Positions 36,779 to 49,112 of a stretch of DNA of 64,000 nt are shown in pieces. The notes under the pieces are model-generated. The model saw only the letters and a program-made list of their open reading frames with translations. It was not told where the DNA came from and ran no database searches. Within the stretch, counting starts at the first letter, position 1. Every line of letters starts with the position of its first letter. Location of the stretch: positions 682,001 through 746,000 of the forward strand of contig ML996704.1 of assembly GCA_010356995.1 (NCBI GenBank). Reading direction: 5' to 3'. The position numbers and the translations under genes are program-made. The DNA comes from Trichodelitschia bisporula. Taxonomy: Eukaryota.

Positions 36779-39555
36779 CTACCTCACCCTCCCCCCATGC
36801 TTCTGCACATCCCCCTTCTCCAGCTTCACCACCTTCCGACTCAACAAGCCCCTCAACTCCGGACTAACCACCTTAACCCTCTTCCCCTCCTCCTCCTTCC
36901 CATCCCCAGCCTCATTCCCAGCACCAACCTTGCCCTTGCCCTTCGCCGGTCCGGCCTCTACGCCACTCGATGCCCCTCCGGCCCGAGAGGCAATGGAGCC
37001 TGCTTTCGCGGCCTTGAGCGCGGCGTTGGACTTCCCGTCGTCGCTGGATTTAGGTGAAGTAGGGGCGGGCAGGCGGCGTCGGGCCGTAGAGGGTGGAGGG
37101 AGCGGATTCTTCTGATCCAGCGCGGCGACGGTGCGTTGGAAGCGGTTGAAGAGGGCTTCGGCGCGGGAAAGGGTGGAAGGGAGGTCGATTGTGTTTGACA
37201 ACTCATTGACTGTAGGCAAGGGGTGTTAGCGGGGACATTCAGAACGCGACAAGGAAACATATAGACGCGAAAGGAAAAGAGGCCCAGCATACCATATTTC
37301 AGCACCTCATCAAAATGCTGCAAATGCTGCATAATGACATCGCGATGCTTCTCGAGAATGGCAAGCGCGACGAAGAGATGGAAGTTGGCGCTCAGATAGT
37401 CGGTCCAGAGGACTTCCCACAGCCTCAGCACGTCGGGCCACTCGAACTCGCGCTTGTACCACACGAGCAGCATGCGGAAGAAGAAGAAGAAATTCGTGGA
37501 ATCGGCTTTTTGCAGGTGGAGATAGAGCGCCGGGTCGAGGAGTTGGACTAGGTGATCCAGCGTCAGCAACTGGAGGCGCATGCCGGACTGGTCGCGGAGA
37601 AAATTGCGTTCCTGTTTATGTTAGAGAAGATGGGATAGGAGGGGAGGCGGAGACGCACCATACGCTCCATGAACCCAACGAAGCCCCAAAAGGCAACGGC
37701 ATCGTCCTGCACGATGGCGTAGATGGGCGCGAGCAGGTCGCTCATACCCTGCACGTAGCCGAGCTCCTTGTTATACTCGTTGTACGTCAGGAGCATATCT
37801 TTCATCTGCTCGAGATGCACATTCGTGCCCGCGTCCACGAAGGGCGAGTCCGGGTCCGGGTGCGGGATGTCTTCCCCCGCGAAGAGGGGGATGTGTCTGT
37901 CTGTGCGATGGACGTCCTTTTCTACCGCGCGGACCCCGACGAATGGGACACGTCAGTCTAGGTTCTTCTTCATGAGAGATACTGGAGAGAGGCTTACCGA
38001 TGCGATTCTTCTGTTCGCGCCACCATTCCATCTCCTCCTCCGGCCCAGCACCCTCAATCATCCTCTCCCACCACGCCCCCTTAAGCCGTATGTACTCGTC
38101 GCGCTTACTATTCATAACCGCAGTCCTCTCCTCCCGCGAACTATCCCACTCATACACGCCCAGCAAGAAAAGCCACGCCTCTTTCCTCACCCCGTCATCC
38201 GCATCCAGTCCCCCATGGAAAACCCTCTCCTTGACCTCATCCGGCGTGACCTGCAACCTGCCCTCTGTGTCAAACCACGCCTCCCACTCCCCCATATCAA
38301 CCGACTTCCGCCGCTCCGTCCCTTTGCTGGTGCTCACGTCCAGCAGTTCGAACTCGCCGACACCTGTATCCTCCATCTCGAGCACATCCCTCGCCGTCCA
38401 GATCCTTGCATCCCGCTCCCGCTCACTCTGCTCCGCCATCCCCATCGCCCAGCGCGCGAGATAAATCCTTGCACTGTCAAACTCCTCCGACAGCGTCTGC
38501 ACCTCCGGCGTAGCAATCAGCCGGCGCACCTGGGGGGGCAGTTTCGGGTTCTCGGCCACGGCCTGTGCGGTCCGGCGTGTAAACGTCGTGACTTGCGACA
38601 GCTTCTCAAGGATGTTCCAGCGTGTCTCCTTGACGAACTTGGTGAACGGGTCCATGGCGCCGTCCTGGGGCCCGCTCGCTCCCCCGGCTCCACCCTTCGG
38701 TGCCTCCGTAACTGACCCCTTGCGGTTCTTATCCACGCCATCCACGGCCGAAAAACCCCGGCGATCACCCTCCGTCGGCTCGATGAGGTACGTATTCGGA
38801 TCCGCGCCCGCGCGCTCAACGCGCACATACCGCTTCAACCAGCGCAGCACCTCATCTCCACCCCAAAACATGCCGCTCTCGCCCTGGAACGGGTCGAAGC
38901 TCTCCCGCATAAGCCGGCGCCTTTGTAGAATCGTGCTCTGGCATTCCGAATCGTGGAAAAAGAGTGCGGGGAACGAATCACCAGCGCGTGTATTAATGAC
39001 TACGCTCCCGAACCACCACCCGATACTCGGCGGCCGCACGAGCAGGCTGTACACCTGAGAGACGGGGATGGCGAAGGCGTAGGTGCCGTGGCCTGTTGCG
39101 GGGGAGGACACGGTGATGGGCGGGGCGGGGACGAGGTAGGTTTGTTTTGGGGGGGAGGACGTGTCGCTGAGGTCGACTTTGACGTATGTGTCGTAGGCAT
39201 CACCTAAACACGACTCGGGGACCCAGGCTAGGAGGAGATCGGAGGGTGCGGACGCTGTAGGAGCGGAAGAGGAAGATGTGGGACGCGAGCCTGGTGCGGA
39301 TTTTTGTTGGATGAGGGCGATGAAGCCGGGGATGTTATCTTTGGCGGAGGGGGAGGGGTGGATGTAGACCTAGACTGTTAGGAGACGAATGGAGACGAAT
39401 GGAGACGAGAGATGGCGTACTTTGCTCTTCGTGTACAGTAGCTTGACGCCCCGGCCCGTCTTCGTGTGGCGGATGGTGTTGTACTCGCCCTCATCATCGT
39501 CAGACATAGCGTAGAAGGAAGCCGTTGGTGACGGCGGTGATTCGGCGTTGGTCAT
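36779..39555 (-). CDS. GYP7: Rab GTPase-activating protein, TBC domain, multi-exon
   Basis: VKLLYTKSKV|YIHP, FPALFFHDSECQST, VRKEAWLFLLG, EKDVHRTDR, GYVQGMSDLLAP, FFFFRMLLVWYKREF. Confidence 0.95.
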
Positions 39556-40515
39556 TCTTCGTGCTAACAGAAAACGAGAAGCAGAAGGAGATCAAGTGTT
39601 GATGTTGAGAGCAGAAGCTGAGCTCATGACCTGAGCAAGAGGGTGGTTGTAAGACAATGGCCAAACGGGTGACCAAAGCCTGGTGGGCGATGACGCTGGT
39701 CACGCCTCCTCTCGTCTGTCCGAAGCGCGGGGGGGCGGGGCTGAGCGATGGTGGGGGGGCAAGACGCGCGGCGTTCGGGTAGGCAGCCACTTTAACGGGA
39801 TGGCGATTGGGTTCGAACGGCGGGGGTGGTGCAGGAGGACGTCGATGAGCAATCGGTGGTACAGTATCGTGTGTTTATTTCGTGATAATTGCTTAGATGG
39901 ATTAAAATGGGGACAATGGCTTACCGGCGCTTTAGGCCTCGGCGTGGTGAGTGTGCTCAGAGTGACGGAATCCTTTGTGCATACTCCTGAGATAGGCGCT
40001 TCGTCCCCCTCATCTAGAACTACGCTGTAAACAAGTTGGGTCTGGCCCGTCAAGCTGATGGGAGAAGAGCTCTAGTTCTAGCACGTGCAATGGCATCTGT
40101 GTAAACTCAAGATTATAGTAGAAGACAAAGAGAGAGATAGAAGAAGAAGAAGAGAGGAAGAGGCTCTCGAGACTTAAATACACGATGCCAAGTATCCTCC
40201 TTTGCTCCCTTCCTTCTATCATGCGCTCATTACGGATGTACATCATGTCCCTTGGTATGTACCTTCCTGACATAACAATGCTCCCTCAATGTCCACCCCA
40301 CGAGCCATAGCACACGAAGAACGAGAACGCTCGAGTAAAGCAGAGCTCATATTATCGCTCCATAGACGCAATCAAAGCGGCAAGCGTAATCATGTACCAT
40401 CGTGGCCCCGCATGCCCAGCGCCCCAAGGCCACAGAAACTCCGGCGCTCAACTCCCAATCGCCCAAACTCCATGCTCCCCAGTGACATTCAGGCTCAAAC
40501 GACAACTCCAATCCC

Positions 40516-41379
40516 TCATCTCATCGGCTTCGGCCCGCTCGGCAACCCCATGCGTCCACTAGTCGGCCTCACCCCTCCCTGCTGTCCCGCATCATACCCG
40601 CCCTGCGCCCCTGCCCGACCAGCATATCCCCCTCCACTCCCATACTCCTGCCCCCCTCCCCACTGCGCCCCCCCCACCGGCGTCCCACCCTGTCTAGCAG
40701 GCGGCGCAAACCTCCCCCCTCCCTCAAACCCTCCACCCGCCGCACTCCCCACACTCGCCTGACTAGGCGTCGGGCTCGTCGTCCTCCCGGCGCCCCACAA
40801 CCGCGCCTTAAGTCTATCCTTATTACTCCCGGTCCCGGAACTAGTCGGCGGGCTCGGGTCCTCGCTGAACCGACTAGACACCGACGTCTGGCTTTGGTAA
40901 CTGCCCGCGCGCTGGCTTGGCAGCAACCTCGCACTCAGACCTCCCTCCGAGCCGCCCTGCGCCGCTTGCGCGCGCAGCCCGCCGGGACGCAGGGACGCAG
41001 GGACGGAGGGCTGGGCGGGCGGTGTAGGTACTGGCTTGGGCGAGTCCCAGAGATCGGACAGACCGCCGGCGCGGCCGGAGCCCCAGCGTGCGGGGGGCTG
41101 CGCGGGCTGTTGCTGCGCATACTGGGGCGCTTGCTGCTGGAGAGCCGGATTCGAGGAGACCATTTGGATTGGGGCGGGGGCCTTGGGGTCCGGTGGCAGC
41201 CAGTCCGGGAACGGCCGGCCCTTTTCGGTGTAGTAGGCGCGGAGGACGCGGGAGATATGCGAGTCGTCTTCGGTGTCGCCGTCGGCTTCGGAGGAGATGA
41301 GCTGCCGGCGGAGATTGTTGTATTTGGAGGAGGTTTGGGTGAGGAGGGAGGAGAAGAAGGAGGAGGAGTTGAGGTTCAT
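40516..41379 (-). CDS. MSO1: Mso1-like Sec1-binding exocytosis protein
   Basis: EADGDTEDDSHISRVLRAYYTEKGRPFPDWLPPDP; disordered remainder. Confidence 0.8.
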   Translation of the reverse strand: MNLNSSSFFSSLLTQTSSKYNNLRRQLISSEADGDTEDDSHISRVLRAYYTEKGRPFPDWLPPDPKAPAPIQMVSSNPALQQQAPQYAQQQPAQPPARWGSGRAGGLSDLWDSPKPVPTPPAQPSVPASLRPGGLRAQAAQGGSEGGLSARLLPSQRAGSYQSQTSVSSRFSEDPSPPTSSGTGSNKDRLKARLWGAGRTTSPTPSQASVGSAAGGGFEGGGRFAPPARQGGTPVGGAQWGGGQEYGSGGGYAGRAGAQGGYDAGQQGGVRPTSGRMGLPSGPKPMR

Positions 41380-42193
41380 GGTTGGGGGGTGGGGGGCGAT
41401 GGGTGTGCTTCAGTGCGAGGGAAAGGGTAGGCCGTGGCACAGGCGTGAGGGTTTGGTTGAGTACAGGTACGAGTTGTGTGTAGCGGGTTGCTGTAGAGGT
41501 GGTGAAGAAGTTGACTTGTGAGTTGGTACAAGTGCTGCAGTGTGTTGTGACCTTGGTTCCGTCGCCCCGCAAAACGCTACCAAGCTCGCTAGTCCGCTTT
41601 TGGGCGGACACCTGAGGCATCCGGAGATACCAGCGCCACTCGACCTCATCATATAACTCAACCTCTGCCATCCAATACTGAAGTCACTGCACCTCAAACC
41701 CGAAATTCTCTAACATCTCATTCATATAAAAACCATCGACTGGAGACAAGGCTCCCTTTGCAACGCAGGAACGAGGCCAGCAACAATCCATCCATCAATG
41801 GGAAGGATTTTAGTGGACGGGCACGCGTGGGAGGCTGTCCACTCTGAAGCCTATTCGTCCTGTCTTCGCCGCGCAGCCTTGCAGCTCTCTCCGGGCGTAA
41901 AGTGCGGCTGTGAGGGTGGGGCATGCAGGTTGTATCACAATGCCATCGCCTCGAAGTCGCAGAGAGACTCAACGAAGCAGGATGACGTCCTTTCGTAGCT
42001 CCTCCGCCGTCAACAGGCGTTTTACCGCCATGAAGCCGATATCCCATCTCATACAGCACGTTCACTTCAAGTCATCCCATTATTAATATCACCTCTTCAT
42101 CGCCCCTCCCACCAGCGCTCCACGTTCTCGCGCCGGCAGCCCACGGTTCCTCATTCTTCATTATACAACCCACCCCCCCCACCCCCCCTCCCA

Positions 42194-43947
42194 TCACACA
42201 CTCTCCTTCTCATCAATCCCCGTCTTCATCCCCGCCAACCCCGCCGCGGCAACACTACTCTGCCTCCTCTTCATATTCTTCGCCCGCGTCTCATCCAAAC
42301 TAAGTGCAAACTTGCTCTTCGCGCGAATCTGCGGGCCCTTTTTGTAGAAGATGTAGATCGGGGCCGTTACCAATATCGCTAGACATGCCAAAATGGTTGA
42401 TGCGTATTCGAGGGGCCGGCCCGGGATGTTGGTGTACACTGTCTCGTTAGTAAAGTAGTGGGGAAGGGGGAGGAGAGGGGCGTACTAGGTGTGGAGTATA
42501 ATGCCGCTATGCCAGCGAGGAAATCGCGCGCGAGATCGTTCCCGCCCGTCGCGCTCGCGGCGTACGGCCCATATGCCGCGGTCATGTAATCGATCGAAGA
42601 CTGGTAGATAGCGTAATTGGCGATCCCGACCAGCGACGAGAAGATCATGGGCGCGATCCACGGTATGCCATGACTGGGGCCTAGACTAGTCCACGCGAAC
42701 CCGAACAGCCCGATAGCCTCCAGCGGCGCGAGGTACAGGAGCCACCAGAGTCTGGCTTCGGGTTGTAGGGCGCCTGGGTCTTTGCGTCGTATGCCGCGGA
42801 AACGGTGGATGGAGGGGAGGTAGGAGAGGTAGGAGAGGAAGTATCCGATCAACAGCCTAAACCATCAGCCTCACCCCAACCCCAAGGACATACTCACGGC
42901 AAAAACGCCAACCCAACCTGCACAGTACTAAACCCCCACTGCTTATACACCAGCGCAAAACTCTCCAAAAACGAAAAAATCAACGCATCACTAAACCCAC
43001 TCAAAAGACTCAACCAAAGCACAATCGGCTCCGTAAAAAACATATAGAAAGGGCGATACCAAATCGTCCACACCTCCCTGAACGTCAACTTATGCAACTC
43101 ATTTGGGCCGTACACATTCGTCTCCCCCGCCTTGCGCCTCCGCTTAGCCTCCCTATCCAGCAGAATCGTAGCCCGCGTCTCGGGGTTGAAGAAGAAATGC
43201 ACGGCTTGTACGAAGCCGCCGAAGATGAGCTGGATCCAGAAGACCCAGGGTAGGGAGAGATATGCTTCGACGAAGGAGCCGACGATGGCACCGACGACGG
43301 AGCCGCCTACGGAGGAGAGGACGAGGAATGCGACGGCGTACTCTTGGTCGTTGGGCTCCCACATATCGGCCAGAACACCGAGAGTTACCGAGCCGCCTTC
43401 TCGCGTTAGCGAAGTTATGAAGAGTGGAAAGGGACGTACCAGCCGTGCTCAACCCCCCCAACGCCCGACAAACAACATACGTCGCATAATTCGGTGCCAA
43501 CGCACACGGAATCTGCCAAATATTCACCAAAAACAAACTCATCTGCTGAATCGGCCACCGCCCCAGCTCCTCACTCCACGGCGCCCAAAGCTCGCACCCA
43601 AACGCATACGCGACTAAAAACGTCATCTGCGGCACCCGGGCGGCCTGCTTGCTCACGCCGAACTTCTCGACGATGCCCCCGACGGCGTTGGCGTACATGC
43701 TGGCGTTGAGGTTCATACTGATTTGTATGAAGAAGACGACGATGAGGATTTGCCATTTGCGCCATGTGGGGAAGGAGTAGCCTAGCACGTCCCAGGCGTC
43801 GCCTTCGGTGAGTTCCCATTTTCCGTCCTCGCGCTTCTTGCTGGTGGGATCGCCTTTCAGTTCGGATTCCTGCTCGACCTGCCCCGCGTCGCCGTAGAAC
43901 CCCGGGTCGGCCTCGTGCTGGTCGGGGGCTGAGGTCGCCATGTCCAC
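42194..43947 (-). CDS. MFS drug:H+ antiporter (DHA1 family), multi-exon
   Basis: FPTWRKW, LWAPWSEELGRWP, PETRATILL, RPFYMFFTEPIV, PEARL, YGPYAASA. Confidence 0.93.
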
Positions 43948-45003
43948 CTCTTATCCTGAATCAAATGCGGGGGAAGTGGAGTAGGGGTATCTAGCGAAAT
44001 AGCCAACGCGAACGGCAAGCGGAAATGCCTCCACCTCCTCCCCCCCTCCCCGCCCTCGACATTTTATTCAACCCGAAGCTTTGTGTCAAGCAAGCTTTCC
44101 CCCGGCGCGGCGCGGAGCCTTGCACGGCTTGGCTTTCGTATGTGGCTGCGGGCTGCGAAAAGCGGGGTGCACGTGAGGCTTTGCGGGGGAGGCCTGGCGA
44201 TGGTTTGGGGGGGGATCGGCGGGGTAGATGCTGGGGAAGGGGATTGGGGTGCATGGCGGGGGGATGAGGTTGGTTGGGGGGGGGGTGGTAGGGAGGATTG
44301 GGTGGATGTTGGGTTGGTATTCTGACGGAGCGGTTGAGTCTGCATATTCTTGCGTGCGTGATATGCCAAAACAGCGTCGTGTGCTCTCTCTCATCCTCCC
44401 CACACTCCAAACTCCACACGCTGGAACCCCGAGGGCGATGCAGAATCAGCCCAGTCCCGCGGGGAATACCTGCCTGCATCAAGTTTCGCCGGCATCAGCG
44501 CCGCAAACCTCAAACCCCAGAAGCGGTCAAATTCCAGCCCTAGACGAGCCTCATTCCCATCGTGACGTCACCCCAACAACCCCAACTCCTTCACACAATC
44601 CCTCACACATCTCCTTCATGCACACGCCGCAGTAGCCCGTGCTCAGCAGCCACAAACAGCTAGCATCACTCCTTTGCCTTACCCGTAGTGCCAGCTTCGC
44701 ACGCCTTCATCGCAGTAGAGTACCGTAAGCACCAACCCAGCCTTGCCCACATGACGCTTTCGGCGCTATGTCAGCGCGAAGGATCGTACATCCCCGAATC
44801 CTTACCTTCAGCATCTCTCTGATCCATGCCGTCTGACGGCAATCAGCACCGGGCCCCGTCTGCACGCGCGGCCGAACAACCACCAGCCCCAAGCTCCCAT
44901 CTCATGCCCGCCTCTCCGCCCTCCATCCCCGCACCTCCATCCCCCATTCTTTTTCTTACACTGTCAAGACCTTATCGCTGGTAAACAACCCCATCAATCC
45001 CCA

Positions 45004-45102
45004 GGCAAGGTGGCCGAGTTGGTTAAGGCGTCAGGTTAAGGTCTCCCTTAGCGCAATATCCTGATTCAGAAATGAGCACGAGTTCGAATCTCGTCCTTGT
45101 CA
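45004..45102 (+). tRNA. tRNA-Leu(AAG) with intron
   Basis: Exons identical to 21478-21576; two substitutions in the intron. Confidence 0.93.
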
Positions 45103-46028
45103 ATATTCTTTTAGTTCCGTCCCCGCTTCCCATCATGCTAGAACTCGGGCCGATGACACTGTTTTTGGCTCCCGGGGGGGGCAAGGATGGGGCTGGGCGG
45201 TGGAAGGTGGAGGTCTGGACCGCTTCGTAACGCGTAACGACCGCCTGGTATAGAAGGAGAGAGCGACGCGAGCTTCACACCACGACATAGCAAGTGAGGC
45301 ATCACACACTATATTCCTCCACTACATACCCTGATCTGATCTATGTTCATATTCCGCCGGTCATCCCCATCACAAGAAACACCATAATCAACCCAATAAA
45401 CCTAACCCATATCATGCATTTCCTCCCAACCACCAAGGGAAAGCCTCATCCCATCTCACCCCAACCCCGCCTCCAGTAGCGATTCTAAGTATATTTACGA
45501 CGAAACCTGAGCTCATTACCCATAGCGCACACTTTTCCCCCAAAACACCAACGATAATTCTCATGATCATGATCGGGGTATGTTCATACTGCCTGTCCCC
45601 GCCCCCGCCCCCAGGCCTCCCAAACCGCCTCATCGACACAACTCGGGTAAACGAAAAATGAACAAATCCATCATGTCCAGCGACCGGAGTCCGTAAATAC
45701 GCACCGTGACCCATTTCTCCATCCCATCCAGGCCTCTCCCTTCCCCATTCACATCTCCATAACGCCGTTCCATCCAGTCCAGTCCATCCTCAGGTCATAG
45801 CCGTGGTCGTCGGGTCGTGCAATCCTCGTTGTGCGCCGTCGCTTTTCCCCATCCAGTTTCCTAGCCGGCCCCTCCATCCGATTTCTCCATCCGATGCGTC
45901 TATCAGCATGCAGCATTACCCACCCCCCTCCACTAGGAGATGGCAATTAGGCATCACGCCCCCCCCTCCCCCCCCAACAAAAGAATAACACAGGGAATGA
46001 AATGAACCCCCATCCTCTCGTCCCCAGC

Positions 46029-49000
46029 CTACGACGCACCTCCGAAGGCGTGGCCATTCACACCGTTTGTCGCAGGCGGCGACTGTGTCCTCTCCTGTCC
46101 ATCCGCAGCCGCCGACGCACCAGCACCCGCCGAACCCCCCCTCGGCAACGGCGACCGTGCCGGCTGCCCAGCTCCAGCCCCGGGCCCAGCCGGCGCAACC
46201 CCCCCAAAAGAACCACGATACGCGGGCCCACTCGGCACGCCAAACGGCTGGGCCTGCGGATTAATCCCATTCCGGTGCCCACTTCCCCTAACCGGTGTTC
46301 TCACATCCCTCGCGCGCCCCGGCGGTCCGTTCGCACGCTTATCCGGATCACCCGTAAACCCGCGCTCAAACGTCTCAATATCGCATCGATTATGCATCTT
46401 AAGCTCCATGGCCGCGAGTTGTTTAGCGCCGACGGATTTCCTTGCCCTATCCATCTCGGGCTGGAGGCGGGCGACGAAGAGCGCGTGGTCTGCGTCCGGC
46501 AGCGTGCCGAGTATCTTGGATACGACGTAGTTGCCGTAGTTGTCGCGGATGAGTTGTTGCAGGGCGCAGTTGTGTTCGCGGGCGTGGCCGTTGGCGGGGC
46601 CGGTGGGGGCGGAGAGGGTGCACAGATCGAGGACGGCGCACATGATGTACCGGCGTACATCGTCGCCTTTGTACACGAGGACGCGCTCGACGACGTTGCT
46701 TGCGAACTTGTGTTTGCTGTACTGGAACCAGTTTTTCTTGACGTATTCGACCATTTTGGAGCTTTCTTTTTCCGGGCCCTTGATTATGATGTGTTGGGCG
46801 ACGTAGTTGCCGTATGTGTCCGTGATCAGTTTTTCGCCTTGCGGGACCAGCTCATCGAGCATCGCGGCCTGGAGCGATGCGTCGCAGTAGTCGAGCATGC
46901 GCTGCACAACCCGGCACCCGTACTGGTTCTGGCTCATCTCGGCCAGGTGGCCACGGCTCTCGTTGACGATAAATTGCCAGTGTTCCGGCGGCACGCGTTC
47001 AATGACCCGCTGGATCACGTGGTTTCCCTGCTGGTCCATGACGCACTTGTACACATCGCCCCGCAGCTCTTGAGCCAGCTCGACTTGCTGGTCAGTGAGC
47101 ACGAACTCGAAGGCCTAGACACGTTAGCTCGTTCTTCTATCCCACTGTAAATTCATACCTTCTGCAACACGCGGCAGCCGAACATCGACGTCGCAAGGTC
47201 TCCGACATGCGTGCGCATCTTGTCGGCCATCATCTTCTTCTGATTCTGGTCGCCGTGTTCAAAGAGCTTCTGAATGACGTAGTTGCCAAAAACGTCTTTC
47301 ATCAGCTGCAGGAGGTTGTCGTACAGCTCGGCAAAGACTATCGCGCGCTCATCGCTGTTGGCCGTCTCAATCTTCTTCTGGATGAATCGCGAGCCCGCCT
47401 GGTCACCACAAAACTCAACCATGTGCTGCTTGACGTCCATCAGCTCCCACTTCCTGCTCGGCCTGTCTGGCGACTTGATCGCTTGGTCGGCGGCAAACTG
47501 GGCCAGCAGCGCGCTTTGCACTGGAAGCACCTGGTCCTTCGGTCCCTTGGGCGCGTCGTAGATTGTAATTCCGGGGATGCTCATGCCGGGGAAGCTGCTG
47601 AGACCGGTCATGGGATATTGCATGGCGGCGCCGCGGTAGAACTGAGGATTAAAGTACAGCGGATTCATCTGGGGTGGTAGGTGGTGCTGTTGCGCGACAC
47701 CATGCTGATTATGCAAAGACTGTTCTTGCTGCACGCTGCGCAGCCTCTGATCCAACAAAGGCAAGGGCAGGCGCCGCTCAGCGGTGCGGTCCGAATACGG
47801 CATCTCGATCCCTGCGATGTGGTATGAGTCTTGCCGGTGGCCGTTGACGTTGCCATTCGTGTGGCCGTTGGTGGTGGCATTTACAGTCCGCTCAAGTACA
47901 GCTACTGGCGGGCGGAAAGTTGAGAGAGCCGTTCCATCCTGGGTGAAGCTGCTGAGGAGAGCCAGGTCATCGTAGCTGATATCGCTCATCCCCTGCGGCA
48001 TCGTGGCGTGGTGGCTGTTTTGGCCATTAGGCTGACCGTTCAGGTGTCCGTTGATATGACCATTCATGTGTCCGTTGACATGACCATTCAGATGCCCGTT
48101 GACGTGGCCGTTGAGATGGCTGCCGTGGTGACCGTTCCGCTGCGGCACCGAATCGCCGGAATCAAGACTCAAGCGACTAAAGCTGGACAGAATGTCGCTA
48201 TGCTGCGAGTTCTGGCGCTCTGGCTGAACACGACCGTTGGAGTGGGAAGAAAATGTGGGCATATGACCGCGCGACGCAGGAGCAGCACCAGCACCAGCTT
48301 GCCTAAAGTCCGTCACCTGCGAATATGTCACCGGCTCGTTGCCATGTCGCGACGGCGGTAGGCTCCCGTTCCGGGACGGGACACCACTATCAAAGTAGTC
48401 GGAGTTAGACAGGCTGCGGCGGTCGTCTGTTGGCGACTGGACGGACTGCGTGTCTGGCCATCTACCCGCTGGGTCGTATGGCCGCAGGCTCTCATCCGAA
48501 GACCGCGGGTAGTGACCTAGGGGATTCGCTGGCGTAGTGGAGGACGTATCGAAACGAGACCCAGCGAGGAGTGACGGAATTGTGCTCTCCACATGCAGCG
48601 ACCCCAAAGCAAACTGGCTGCTCGGCTGGCGCTGAGGTGATGCGGATGACCGCATGGCCGCAGTACCGGTTGTTCCACTGTGAGACCAGCCAGAGCGATG
48701 ATACGGCCAAGGAGTATCGGCCTCAGACGACTGTACGAGAGACCCGGATCCTGTTATGGCGTCGCGTTCGGTGGGGAGTGCGAAGCGGGAAGAGTCTGTG
48801 GATGTCGTCAACGACTGATGCATGGCTGACAGCTTGCGCGCCTCACCTCGCGACCGCGGAGTGGCGAAGCCTCCCCACGGATTTGGATTCCAACCGCGCC
48901 CGCCATTGCTGATGCCTTGGCCGAGGCCAGTGATATGTTGCGCAGGCTCCTGGCGACCGAGAGCGGGGAAGTCTCGACCAGACGGCACCGGTGTCGGGAT

Positions 49001-49112
49001 TATGGATGGAGCGGCAGACTACTCATCAGTATACGAGAGGAGAGAGGGCCGACAAATGTACCTTGGAGCCCTTTTTGGGCTGATCTTTATTTGCAACCAT
49101 ATTTTTGGACAT
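46029..49112 (-). CDS. Pumilio-family RNA-binding protein, Puf3-like, multi-exon
   Basis: Eight Puf repeats: DQAGSRFIQ, DVFGNYVIQ, FGCRVLQ, DQQGNHVIQ, NQYGCRVVQ, DTYGNYVAQ, HKFASNVVE, DNYGNYVVS; first exon MSKNMVANKDQPKKGSK|. Confidence 0.93.
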
